A stretch of 54,941 nucleotides of DNA, the filler included, from Jimgerdemannia flammicorona (lineage: Eukaryota), in assembly GCA_003990765.1 (NCBI GenBank). It is 2 parts of 2 records of this genome, joined end to end, with 100 filler letters (N's around TTAATTAATTAA, not from the genome) between each part and the next. Parts side by side here need not be neighbours in the genome. Positions count along the whole stretch, not along the records: positions 1 to 27,423 come from RBNJ01000630.1; positions 27,524 to 54,941 come from RBNJ01000631.1. One strand, given 5' to 3'. How positions within the stretch are numbered: the first letter of the stretch is position 1; each line of letters starts with the position of its first letter. The position numbers and the translations under genes were made by a program. Under the pieces are notes generated by a model. It was not told the DNA's origin. It saw only the letters and a program-made list of their open reading frames with translations, and did no database searches. This document shows positions 25,701 to 37,700 of the stretch, piece by piece.

Positions 25701-27423
25701 AGTTCCTCTACTGGGTCAGCTTTAGCTACCTTGGGGGTAGGTGGGGTTGGTTGTCTGTTTACAACTATAGCAAGTATGATACTAGTTGGCTTTGATGACT
25801 CTATCTTGATATCAGTTATTTTCTCTATTAAGTGTTCAGCAGAGTATCTAACAGTCCAATATCTCTATGCAAAGACCACTTTCTGATCAAGAGTCAGTAC
25901 AGCTGGGGTAGACCAGATTGCTAGGGCAATTTCAGAGTGAACTCCTTTGAGGAAGATTGAATCTGCTATTTGTTCTTAAGGGCATCATCATAGTTAGCCA
26001 AGATAATCTGATAGCAGATTCAGATATAGAATGAGTTGGGATCTTCACTAAGTCCTTGGCAGTTAGTGTTGAGTTGATTCTTGAGAGCTTGCTTGATCTC
26101 TTCAGTATAGTATATTGTTCTGAGGAAGGCCTTCATATTAGCAAGTTTGGCTGCACTATTATCAGCAATAGTGATTATATTGAACTTATCTCTAGTAGGT
26201 CCTCTGAGGCTGACTGGTAGAAGGGCCAATTGTGCATCCACACCAAGGGTTTGTATAGTGGCAAATTGTTTAAAGTCTTCAATGAAGGTCAGGATTGACT
26301 CTTCAGTAGTATATCCATAGAATATAGGGAGATACATTTCCATCTTGTCTTGAATTCTTGCAGGGGTGACTCTTGTAGTCAGGGTAGTTATTGTAGGGGT
26401 TGTTCATTTTTCAGCTTGAAAGTGAGAGATTCATCTTGAATCACCAGTCAATGGGCACCAAGTTGTCACATAGTGGTCGCTGAGTTCTTCAAATATACCA
26501 GATTCTCTTCAAATTGTATCTCTTAGACTAATTCAAGTTTGTTATAAGCAAGTTCTTATTGGAGTGCCTTCCCAAGGTCTTATAGTCCTCAAACTTCTTA
26601 TCTTTAAACTATTTTGTTATCTCTTAAATTGTTTATAAGGAAGTGTGTATATTATACTAAGAGGAACTGATTTTATTTCAAAGGAAATAAGAGGGGTATT
26701 TATACAAAATATAATTCAATGGTTGCTAAGATATAAAGCTAAATATAAATTTCAATAACTAAAATAAAATGCCAGGACAGGAAAACCTGCTAAGTTCCAG
26801 GGTCAGCACTGATAGTTGTACAGGTTTAGGATGCTGGTATAATTCAGTGTTATCTCAGAATATTAGTGCTAGTATAATTTAGTGTCACATCAGAATGCCA
26901 GTGCTGGCATAATTCAGTTTAACAAAAGAACTTTAGAGCAGAATGTTCAAGACCATAGAGGCTTCATCCTCATCAGAGGTCAGGATGTCTTTGAAGGAGA
27001 TGAGGTTTATGAATTTGTCATTGTCACATAGGTTGTGCGTTTTACATATATCCATAGGAGTGATATCTTATAGCTTTTGAGTGCTGGCCTATGGGAACTC
27101 CTGGCAGAGGAGGTTTCCTATTTCATACTGCTGCCACATTTGGAGGCATTTAGTAGCAATAGTGATTCTTGTTTCCATTTCACAGCAGTAGAGGATAAAG
27201 TGATAAGGATCTGCAGTACTCAGGTTGATACTAAGAGTTCTTCTTTTTAAGCTATTTTGGGATTGGTAGGTCTTGTTGGTTACTGTTACTGTGGTTCCTT
27301 GATCTTTCTTTTATATTTCTTGAGATGCTTGTACTGTGATCACAATGACTCACAGTTGGTCATCATTACTCATCTTATATGCTATATGATCTTCTTGTGC
27401 TCTGATCTGATAGCTTGTATTTT
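19706..27423 (-). mobile_element. Ty3/Gypsy copy 2 (same family as copy 1, shorter LTR variant); 5' LTR runs into the gap
   Basis: 3' LTR 19706-20793 (1088 bp), PPT 20794-20803, 5' LTR 26464 to beyond 27423, PBS TGGTGCCCATTG at about 26449-26460. ORFs 26020-26343 and 25196-25681 (gag), 23248-24192 (dUTPase+RT), 22435-23247 (RT YIDD + RNase H TDAS). Confidence 0.95.
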
Positions 27424-27523
27424 NNNNNNNNNNNNNNNNNNNNNNNNNNNNNNNNNNNNNNNNNNNNTTAATTAATTAANNNNNNNNNNNNNNNNNNNNN
27501 NNNNNNNNNNNNNNNNNNNNNNN
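27424..27523. other. Artificial contig linker (N44-TTAATTAATTAA-N44)
   Basis: Exactly 100 bp and symmetric; the central 12-mer gives stop codons in all six frames. Confidence 0.97.
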
Positions 27524-28342
27524 CATGAGTGGAAAGGGTAAGGCAATAGTTGGCATTTCAATCGCTCTTTTTATCAAAGAAGTTCATTTTACTAAGTTAT
27601 TTCTAATTTCAGATACGTGGAAACTATGCATGAATGCATTCTACACCGCAAAGTGAGAATTTCCTCTCACCTCGACCATCGTTACTTCTATGTCTCGTCA
27701 ACGGGTGGAAACTACTCCTGCGGATTGGCACGTGACACTTTGGCAAGGTTACTCCGCCACTACGGAGAGGACGCTTTTTTCATAACGACAGGGATCACAG
27801 CTTTGAAGGACTTCAAGAACAATTCATCAGTGCTTGGCTTTCTTGTGGAGCAGATGTGTCTCAGTAGCATTGCGCACAAAGGATTGAAGAGCCTAGAATT
27901 CCCGAATATGAAGACCATAGTTTTCACACAACCATATCCCGAATACGATCTATCGCACAAGTACGCACTTTATGTCCCATCGGCTTACAATTTCAAGGCG
28001 ATTGACGGGCTAATTCTGGATTTGTCAAAGGCGAAACAGGCTCATCTTATTCCTATTCAGATCACCATCGCGCAGACACTCTCAAATTCGCAGGAAAACT
28101 TCTATGCAAACTGGAATAATTGGATAGGTCGCTTTCAAAACCACCAACTGCAGACTACGTTCCTTTGGATCGAGAAGAATAAACGAGGGCTGGAAGAACT
28201 GGAGGAGGAGAAAAAGAAACGACGGAGTGGAACCGTATTAGTGCATCCACAATACAACGTACTCCATATCACCGTTGAGGATGTGAATAAAGAACTTGGC
28301 GAAACTCTAGCAAGGGTTCTTGATGGTCGGATTTCCGAATAA
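27524..28342 (+). CDS. 3' part of a Crinkler (CRN/CR)-like protein with a C-terminal restriction-endonuclease-fold domain; exons 27524-27537 and 27613-28342
   Basis: Intron GTAAGG(27538)...CTAA...TTTCAG(27612) splices in frame (HEWKG-YVETMHEC). Motifs GFLVEQ, LYVPSAYNFKAIDGLIL and LIPIQITIA resemble the E...P..NF.AID...QxT signature of CR-REase domains. The frame is intact and CpG is retained. The 5' end is lost at the contig edge. Confidence 0.7.
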
Positions 28343-28490
28343 CGAAATGTATATGAGAGAAGTAGGTTATGGTAGAGAGAGAAAGGGTGGTTTTGTTCTA
28401 ACTGATGTAATAGTATTATTATATATAAATAGTTGCAATTACAGTTATTATGTTTTAATGAGATTATATCTCAGAATATAAAAAAAAAAA

Positions 28491-30642
28491 GAGATTATAT
28501 CTCAGAAGATTAAAGAGAAGAGATTTATTGTTATATTAGAGAATATTAACAAATAAGAGTTAAAGTATAATTATATTAGATATTTATATTATTTATTAAG
28601 AGATAATAAATATATTTTTTTGACTGTTTTGAATCTATATTTAGAGGAAATATTTTAAAAGTTTATAACTTTTAAAATTATAATAGCTTTTAAAAAAAAA
28701 ATGTTAATAATTTTTTATATATTAATTCTATCTTTAGGATATATTTTTAACAGAAAAACAATGTTTCAAAATAACATTTTTTTCAAATTTTAATTTGTCA
28801 GCTAAATGATTTTAAAAGATGATCTTATCTATAATTAAAGAGATAATTAATAGATAGATTAAATATATATACATATTAGTAATTTTGGTTTGTAAATTAA
28901 AATATATTAGTATACTAAAGTAAGGTCTAATAGTATATATAAGAATTTTAATTGAGATATATTATATTTAATAAAACTATATTCTAATAGAATAAATATA
29001 TTTTAAATAATTAGAATAGTCTATTAGCTTTAAGTTCTATATTTTTATGTTTCAATGGCTATAATAATAATATATTTTAGTATTACTTTTAGTTATATAT
29101 ACTATATATATTAAAAAAATATTATATTTATATCTAAGTTTATTAAATTTAGACTTATTAATAAGTTGGATATAGTAAAAGAGAGGCTCTTTATTAAAGT
29201 TACATAAATTGCATATTTTATGTATTACTGATAAATAATATATATTTGATAGAATAGCATAAGTTATATATTGATATATCAAGTTACAATCTCAATACTC
29301 CTGCTCAATAAGATATATAATCCAAAAAGAATGCAAACTAGATTAAAAAAATAATAATAAAGTAATACAATGAATACAAAAACTTGAACTACATATAATA
29401 CAAAAAATTATATATATAAAATCGTATATCTAAGAAATTTTTGCAGATTAAAAAGTATTCTGTAATATGTGAAATCCTTATAAAAATCCACTTATAGATG
29501 AGAGATATATATAGTAAAAATGTAAGATATAAGAGATAATAATACAAATATAGAAAGGGAAGTCTTTTGAGAATCTGAAAAAAAAAAAAAAGATATTATA
29601 TCTCAGAAGATTAAAGAGAAGAGATTTATTATTATATTAAAGAATGTTAACAAATGAGAGTTAAAGTATTAATATATTAGATATTTATATTATTTATTAA
29701 GAGATAATAAATATATTTCTTTGAATGTTTTGAATCAATATTTAGAGAAAATATTTTAAAAGTTTAGCTTTTAAAAAAAAAAATTCAATAATTTTTTATA
29801 TATTAATTCTATTTTTAGGATATATTTTTAATAGAAAAACAATGTTTCAAAATAAAATTTTAATTTATCTGCTGAATGATTGTAAAAGATGATCTTATCT
29901 ATAATTAAAGAGATAAATAATAGATAGATTAAATATATATACATATTAGTAATTTTGATTTATAAAATAAAATATATTAGTATACTAAAGTAAGGTCTAA
30001 TAATATATATAAGAATTTTAATTGAGATATATTATATTTAATAAAACTATATTCTAATAGAATAAATATATTATAAATAATTAGAATAGTTTATTAGCTT
30101 TATTTTTAAGTTTCAATTGCTATAATAGTAATATATTTTAGTATTACTTTTAGTTATATATATATTATATATATTAAAAAAATATTATATTTATATCTAA
30201 GTTTATCAAATTTAGATTATTAATAAGTTGGATATAGTAAAAGAGAGGCTCTTTATTGAAGTTACATAAATTGCATATTTTATATATTACTGATAAATAA
30301 TACATATATATTTGATAGAATAGTATAAGTTATATATTGATATATCAAGTTACAATCTCAATACTCTTGCTCAATAAAATATATAACCCAAAAAGAATGC
30401 AAACTAGATTAAAAAAATATAATAAAGCAATGCAATGAATACAAAAACTAGAACTACAAATAATATAAAGAATTATATATATAAAATCCTATATCTAAGA
30501 AATTTTTGCAGATTAAAAAGTATTCTATAATATGTAAAATACTTATAAAAATCCAATTATAGATGAGAGATATATATAGTAAAAATATAAGATATAGAAG
30601 ATAATAATGCAAATATAGTAAGAAAATTCTTTTGAGAATCTG

Positions 30643-30655
<13 letters not shown>
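28491..30655. repeat. Tandem duplication of about 1.1 kb (28491-29590 / 29591-30655), each unit ending in GAGAATCTG-poly(A)
   Basis: Both units start with ATTATATCTCAGAAGATTAAAGAGAAGAGATTTATT and are colinear. Each contains a minus-strand copia 3' LTR (starting 29297 and 30363) and a PPT. Confidence 0.88.
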
Positions 30656-30693
<38 letters not shown>

Positions 30694-30694
30694 A

Positions 30695-30778
<84 letters not shown>

Positions 30779-32390
30779 TGATTAATCACTAAACTGATAT
30801 GTATATTGTTTATAAGATCCATTCTATTAATGTATAGCTCAAACTTTGACTTTGAAAGAACTTTTATAAGTAAATCAGCAATCATATATTTTGTAGAAAT
30901 ATATTCTAAGTATATAGTATTATTTTCTATATATTTATAAATGAAATAATACTATATATTGATATATTTCATTCTTATAATATACTGGATTCTTGGTAAG
31001 TATAATTATAGACTGATTATTTTGATATAGTATAGAGCTCTATTTATGAGCAAATGTAAGTTCTTTTAACTATTTACAGTGCTAAATAGATTTCTTTATT
31101 ATCAATAATAATGCCTGGTACTTTGTCTATATTGATAATATTGTCATAAATGATTACTTATATATTTGCCATAAGATGATAGACTCTTGGTCATTTTCAT
31201 TAATATAGAAGAGGTATTTAGTTATAGATTAGTAGTCAGTAAGATTACTTTTCCAATTGATATCTGATATGCTAAATAGCCAAATATTATTCTTCTTGTT
31301 ATTTCTCTAGCTATTATTATTATTTAATATAAGTATATATTATATCATATCCTTAAGATATCTAAATATTCTCTTGACAATACTTTAATATGAATTATCA
31401 TAGCAGGATAAATACTTTACTACCTTATTTATAATATATAATATGTTAGGTCTCATTTTTAGTAAAAGATACATTAGAGAACTGACTGCTAGCTAATATA
31501 ATATATTGAATTATTTAAGGATTCTTTAAGTATATATCACTTATAAGAGATATATAGTATATATATATATTTCTATTATATATGATAGATATTACTAAAA
31601 AGAAAGATATATTACCCATATTTGTTAACTTTAACTCTATTAAGTCTATTCTTACTAGTAATAATAATTATATCATTAACTTAGATATTAATAAGACTAT
31701 ACTGCCATCATTATAAAATTAGATATATATGTAATTATCTGCTTTACAGTAGGTGCATCTATCATCAAGAAGATATTTATTAATCTTTTTATTCTACAAT
31801 TGTACTACTTACTTAATACTATATATTTATATAGTTTATATATGAGTTCACCTTTTTTATATTCTTGCAGTTGATGGATATATAGTTTAGTATCTATGTC
31901 ACTATTTAGAAATACTGTCTTAATATCTATTTGATGGATTTCTAGGATATATATATAGTATACTAATTATAAGAAGTATTCTAAGAGAAGTAATTTTGAA
32001 TATTAGTAAAAATGTCTTGTCATAATCTATATCATAATATGGCAAATTACTCTAAGTAACAAAATGAGCTTTATATTACTCTATATTTTAGTCACTCTTA
32101 TGCTTAATTCTATTGACCCACTTGAATTCAATTATTAGGCAATTTTATAGAAGAGGTGTGAGATTTTACATGCTATTCTCAATAAGTAAATCATATTACT
32201 CATTTATCATATATTCTCATTTTTTGTTATCTTAGAATTATATGACTTTCTCATATTTATTTATCTCATCAGATTTTGCAATATACATACATTCATTTAT
32301 ATACTTCAACATAGCTTATCTGATCTTGATATTACTATTACCTAGGGCTAACTAGTATATCTCAATAACTTTCTAATTTAGAATCAAACA
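30225..32390 (-). mobile_element. Ty1/copia 3' relic (RT, RNase H, T-rich 3' UTR, PPT, 3' LTR), 5'-truncated at the first telomeric junction
   Basis: Decayed motifs EIHQIDIKTVFLNSDID (about 31895-31945), NQSIIILTKNPVY (about 30980-31020) and MIADLLIKVLSKSKFE (30885). LTR at 30363-30225 is homologous to 18562-18691, with a purine tract at 30364-30372. Confidence 0.82.
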
Positions 32391-32400
32391 TAGGATTAGG

Positions 32401-33816
32401 CTTTAAGTAAGGATTTATTCATTATAGTGAAGATAAGGAGTTATAAATAGCAAAGACTTCTAAGATGAGAAAAATAAAAAGAGAGTAGTGAAGTAATCAA
32501 CTAGCTAAAAAAATAAACCAAAGACCAGAGAGGTGACCACCTTATGGATAAACTGGAGAAACCTTTTAGTCATATCTATAAGGATAACAAAATGCAAAAA
32601 GCAAAAAGAGAGAAGCTAAAATAAAATATACAAAAGCTCAGCACCAACTATAGAGACAATATTGACCTCAAACACTAAGTAACTAATATGAGATATATAA
32701 CTCAATATACTCTCAACAATAAAGAAATATGTCAAGGCAAATGAAGGGAAAGATTAAAATAAAAATAATATTCAATTGCTCAATTACTTAAGTATCTTCA
32801 TAATTTTGATTAGATAGGATCTAACTGTAATATGGTCACTAGAATTATACATAGTATCTATAGTATAATAGGTTATCTTATAAAGAGCATAAAAAGAGTA
32901 AATACAAAGTTCCTTCTACCATTCATCACTAGTGAACTAATTGAGTTGCTCATGACTAGAATCATCTTAGAATGCAGAATACAAACTGTTGAGAAGACTG
33001 TATCTATAGAGATAACTATGATGAAACTTATCTCTACAGGAGTAGAGGTAGGGTTGTCTAAAGTAGTTATAATACTAGACAAGAGCAGAAGTATAAGTTG
33101 GGAGAAAAAGAAAAGGATATAATCAGTCCTCTATGATTGTAAGCTACTATAGAGTGTGATATACCAAATGAGAGCCTGAGAAGAGGAGGCTCATTCCTAT
33201 AGTAACTGATCTCAAAGGAAGGACTGGAGGAAGGAGTAGAGTAAGTGAGTCTTACAGACTATCCCAGTACTAGTTGAGGAAGTTAAGCTAAGAGATTCAA
33301 TACTAGAACTTATCAATGATAGAACCTAGGAGATATATGACAAAGCACTCTCTCAGAGGACCAATGGGGTTATTACCGGACTTACCACACTAATCTAAAT
33401 AAGCTTAGAATATATAGCAGAGGTCTGATATATGATAAAGAAAGGAAGAGAGGGCAAGAATTAAACTGCAAAATAAGAATTAGCTGGAAACCCCAACTGC
33501 TTAAACAACATTATCATCAAAGAGCTATTTGAGATATTTCAGTAACTGAAGCCCTATAGTAGTAGCTAGAGAGGAAGTTTATAGAAGTAAAAGGTCATAC
33601 TCCAGCTGAGGTCTAATGAAGATATAAATAATGGCTAGCTTGACTATTAGTGATCAGAGGGGACTATAGATATAGTAGAACCCAAGAGTTCATTCTACCT
33701 ATCCTCCATTCTATAATATCAGACTGACAAAGTCAAATTTCTTATTTATATATGGCATGCTCAGATATATAGAGAAAGAGGGTTGCAGATATAGGTCACT
33801 AACAATCAGAATAGTA
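32401..33816 (-). mobile_element. Telomere-associated non-LTR retrotransposon, unit 1 (5'-truncated, heavily mutated)
   Basis: Begins TAGGATTAGG|CTTTAAGTAAG, a decayed form of the junction. Colinear with the 3' 1.4 kb of the other units and the most AT-rich copy. Confidence 0.88.
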
Positions 33817-33832
33817 TAGGGTTAGGGTTAGG

Positions 33833-34680
33833 CTTCAAGTAAGAATTTATTTATTGTAGAGAAGAAGAGATATATCAGAGCAACAAAAGACAAAGACTCC
33901 TAAGATGAGAAAAGTAAAACAAGGCCAGCAAAGTAAACAACTAGCTAAGAAGAACAAAACAAAGGCCAGAGAGGTGACCACCCTATGGACAGGCTAGATA
34001 AAACTATTTTGTCACAGCCATAAAGATAATAAATACAGGAAGCAAAGAAAAGGAAAGCTAAGATATAATATATGTTTGCCCAGTGCTAATTATATGAACC
34101 ATTTATCAACCAAACACCAAATGACTGACATGAGATGAATAACTCAATGTGCTCTCAACAACGGGGAACCAACTAGGGCAAATGAGAGGAAAGAAAGAAG
34201 TAAAGAAAATGTATGATCACTTGATCACCCAAGCAACTTTGTAATCTCAGTCAGGCAAAACCTGACTGCGAGGTGGCCACCAGAATTACACATGGCATCA
34301 ATAGCATGATAGGCCATCTCATAGAGAGCATGAAGAGGGTAGGCACGAAGTTCCTCCTGCCATTCGTCATTGGTAAACCAATCGAGCTGTTCATCTCCAT
34401 CAGAAGTACCTCAGAAAGCAGAATAAGAACCATCAAGAAGACTGCACCTGAGGAGATGATTATGATGAAACTTATCTCTATAGGGGTAGGGGTGGGGTTG
34501 GCCAAAGTAGCCATAATGCCAGGTGAGCACAGAATGCACCAGCCAGGAGAAGAAGGAGAAGAAACGGTCAGCTCCCTGCGACCGCAAGCTGCCTTTGGGA
34601 GTGATATACCGAATGAGAGCCTGAGAGGAGGAGGCCCATTCCTGCAGCAACTGATCCCAAAGGAAGGACTGGAGGAAGGA
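33833..34680 (-). mobile_element. Telomere-associated non-LTR retrotransposon, unit 2 (5'-truncated, about 0.85 kb)
   Basis: Preceded by TAGGGTTAGGGTTAGG (33817-33832). Contains the 3' UTR and the CCHC region (GYFGQPHPYPYRDKFHHNHLLRC). Confidence 0.92.
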
Positions 34681-34700
34681 GGGTTAGGGTTAGGGTTAGG
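34681..34700 (+). repeat. Interstitial telomeric repeat spacer (TTAGGG)n; equivalents at 32391-32400, 33817-33832, 39786-39802, 45125-45134, 51329-51348 and 53641-53653
   Basis: G-rich strand is on + at every junction; about 1.5-3.5 repeats; ends in TTAGG (decayed to CTAGA in unit 4) before CTTCAAG. Confidence 0.93.
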
Positions 34701-37700
34701 CTTCAAGTAAGAATTTATTCATTGTAGAGAAGGAAGGGTACATTGGAGCAACAAAAGACAAAGACACCTAAGATGAGAAAAGCAAAATGAGGCCAGTGAA
34801 GTAAACAACTAGCTAAGAAGAACAAAACAAAGACCAGAGAGGTGACCACTCTATGGATGGGCTGGATAAAACCATTTTGTCATGGCCATAAAGATAATAA
34901 ATGCAAAAAGCAAAGAAAAGAAGGGCTAAGATAAAATACACTTTCACCTGGTGCCAACTATATGAACCGTATCATCAACTAAATACCAAACGACTGATAT
35001 GAGATGAATAACTCAATGCGCTCTCAACAAGAATGAGGGGAAAGAAGGGAGTAAAGAAAATGTGCGATCGCTCGATCACCCAAGCTCTCAGTTAGGCAGA
35101 ACCCAACCGCGAGGTGGCCACCAGAATTATACATGGTATCTATAGCATGATAGGCTGTCTCGTAAAGTGTGTGAAGAGGGTAGGCATGAAGTTCCTCCTG
35201 CCATTCATCATTGGTAAACCAATCGAGCTGATCAGCAAGATCAGAAGAGCCTTGGAAAGCAGAATACAAACTGTCAAGAAGACCGCACCTGAGAAGATGG
35301 CCATGATGAAACTTATCTCCACAAGGGTAGAGACAGGGTTGGCCAAAATAGCCATAACACCAGGTAAGGGCAGAACACACAAGCCAGGGGGGGAAGGAGA
35401 GGATGCGATCAGCGGCCCACAACTGCAAGCAGCCTTTGGGGGTGATATACCGAATGAGAGCCTGGGAGGAGGAAGCCATTCCTATAGCAGCTGATCCCGA
35501 AGGAAGGACTGGAGGAAGGAGTGGAGCAAGCGAGTCTTGCGGACCTGGGGACGAAGGTCCCAGTACCAGTTGAGGAAGTCAAGCCAAGAGGTCTAATACC
35601 AGAACTTGTCAATAATAGAACCCGGGGGACACGTGACAAAGCGCTCACTAAGGGAACTGATGGGGTTGTTGCCCAACTTACTACACCAATCTAGGTGGGC
35701 TTGGAACATGCAGCAGAGGTCAGATGTATGATGAAGGAAGGAAGGGAGGCCAAGAATCAAACTGCCAAGCAAGGGACAGCCGGAAAATCCAACCGCCCAA
35801 GCGACAGCATTATCAAAGACCTGCTTGGGATGCTTCAACACCTGAAGCCCCATAGTAGTAGCTGGACAGGAAGCTCATAGAAGGGGGAGGCCATACTTCA
35901 GCTGAGGCCTGATAAATATTTGTACGATGGCCAACTTGACCATTGGTGACCAGAGAGGACCATGGGTACAGCAGAACCCAAGAGTTTATTTTGCCTTCAC
36001 TGTATTCTGTAACATAAGATTGACAAAGTCAAACCCTTTGTTGGTATACAGAATGCCCAGGTATACGTAGGAGGTGGGTCATGAGCAGGGTTCACCTCCA
36101 ATCAGCACAGTACAGTCAGCTGGGCCAACATAACCACACTTCTTGAGATTGAGCTCTATACCGTTCACCCGGAGCCAATCCTCGCAGAAATCAACCATTC
36201 TTTGCCCTTCTGCAGCAGTGCGGGGGGTAAGGGCGATATCATCAGCAAAGAAGAGCCCAAGGGGGAAGTCATACTCTTTGAACTGTTCATCAAAAGAGGC
36301 GGCGAGGGGATTGATAAAGACGTCAAACAGCCAAGGGGAGAGGAGGGAGCCCTGGAAGAGGCCATGCTCAGTGGGGACCAAAGGGGTGATGAGACCATTA
36401 ACAACTATCTGGTAAGAACAGTGATTGAATAGGCTTCGAATAATACTAAAGAGGGCCGCATCGGCACCTTGCGCCTCAAGGCGAGAAAGAATATACTTAA
36501 GGGGAACTCGATCATATGTCTGCCGGAGGTCCAAAAAGACACGGCGGCCCCATCCCTTAGCCCATGTCTTGTGCAATAACAATACATGAGAAAGAGATGA
36601 GAAGCAGATTCGGAAGCTGCCTTGGCAGCGCGACATTTCTGTCAGGCCACTTTGGCTCTTGATATATCCTTCCAAATACCGCTCAAAGAGTCTATGAAAC
36701 ATTTCAGTCAGAGCAATAGAGCGAATTCCATCGATTGTTCGTGATTCCTCCTTCTTGGGGACCAGGGTGATGATGACTGAGTTCCAGCAGCGGGGAGTGA
36801 GCCCCCAGACCATGTACATCGGGAAGAAGAACGAGAGGACTTCGAAAGGCTACAGGGGGCATCCTTCTCACCTGTCATTACCTGAAGGATCTGGACATGT
36901 AAGGAGTCGGCAACACATGCCTTTGAGAGGGGGTAGCTATTGATAGCCCTCCAAACCACAGGGTGGTCAAACCAAGACTGCAGCCCAAGAGCACCCATGC
37001 TGAGGGAGAAGACATCCTCAGAGTCATCAAGGCAAAGAGAGACGTCCGGTTGGCCGAAGATGGTGGTAAAGTGAGTATACATGTCATCGAATACTGGGAC
37101 ATTGGGGGAGTAAGACTGGAGAGGTGCGGAGGGGGTGGAGTGGTACTCTCGCTTAAAACCACAGATGGCATCAGAGACCAAGGATGCACTGCGAAGGAGG
37201 TCTCACCTAGGGAGCGGCACTGCCCTGATTTCTCTTATGTCATATGAGCCAAGAATGTCCTCACAAACTGACTGTAGACCAGAGGTCAAAAGGGTGTCAA
37301 GGGAATCCACAAACTGCTGGCGGTCTTCTATGAGCGAAAGCTGGCGATGTGGTCCCAGACAGAATAGATAGACCTAATAACGGTATTGCAAACGATATCC
37401 GCTGATTCCCGAAGGTGAGCTTGGATGACTGGATTGGTCAGATATCTCGCAGAGTAATGACAGATGCCAGTCAATGCAGCAACCAGCAATGGGGAGAAGG
37501 GGAAGGAGATGGTGAGGAGGGAGGGGTGGTCGGTAGTGACAGGAGGGATGAAGCAGGTGAGAGATGCATGGAGGGATGTGGTGGCGAATGCATGGTCAAT
37601 ACGTGTGGATCCAGCCACTGGGGTCAGTTGGTTCAATGACCACGTCATCAAGGAGGTGTCGACGACATCCATCTGATCACGAGGACTAGAGTTAATATCA

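Noticed and set aside
30454..30885. 143-aa poly-Phe ORF
   Set aside because: Read-through of the copia RNase H end into a long T-tract; the tract length may itself be an assembly error.
18562..32390. Joining the copia 5' piece (18562-19705) and 3' piece (30225-32390) into one element
   Set aside because: Opposite strands and separated by an artificial linker; same LTR family but no evidence they are the same insertion.
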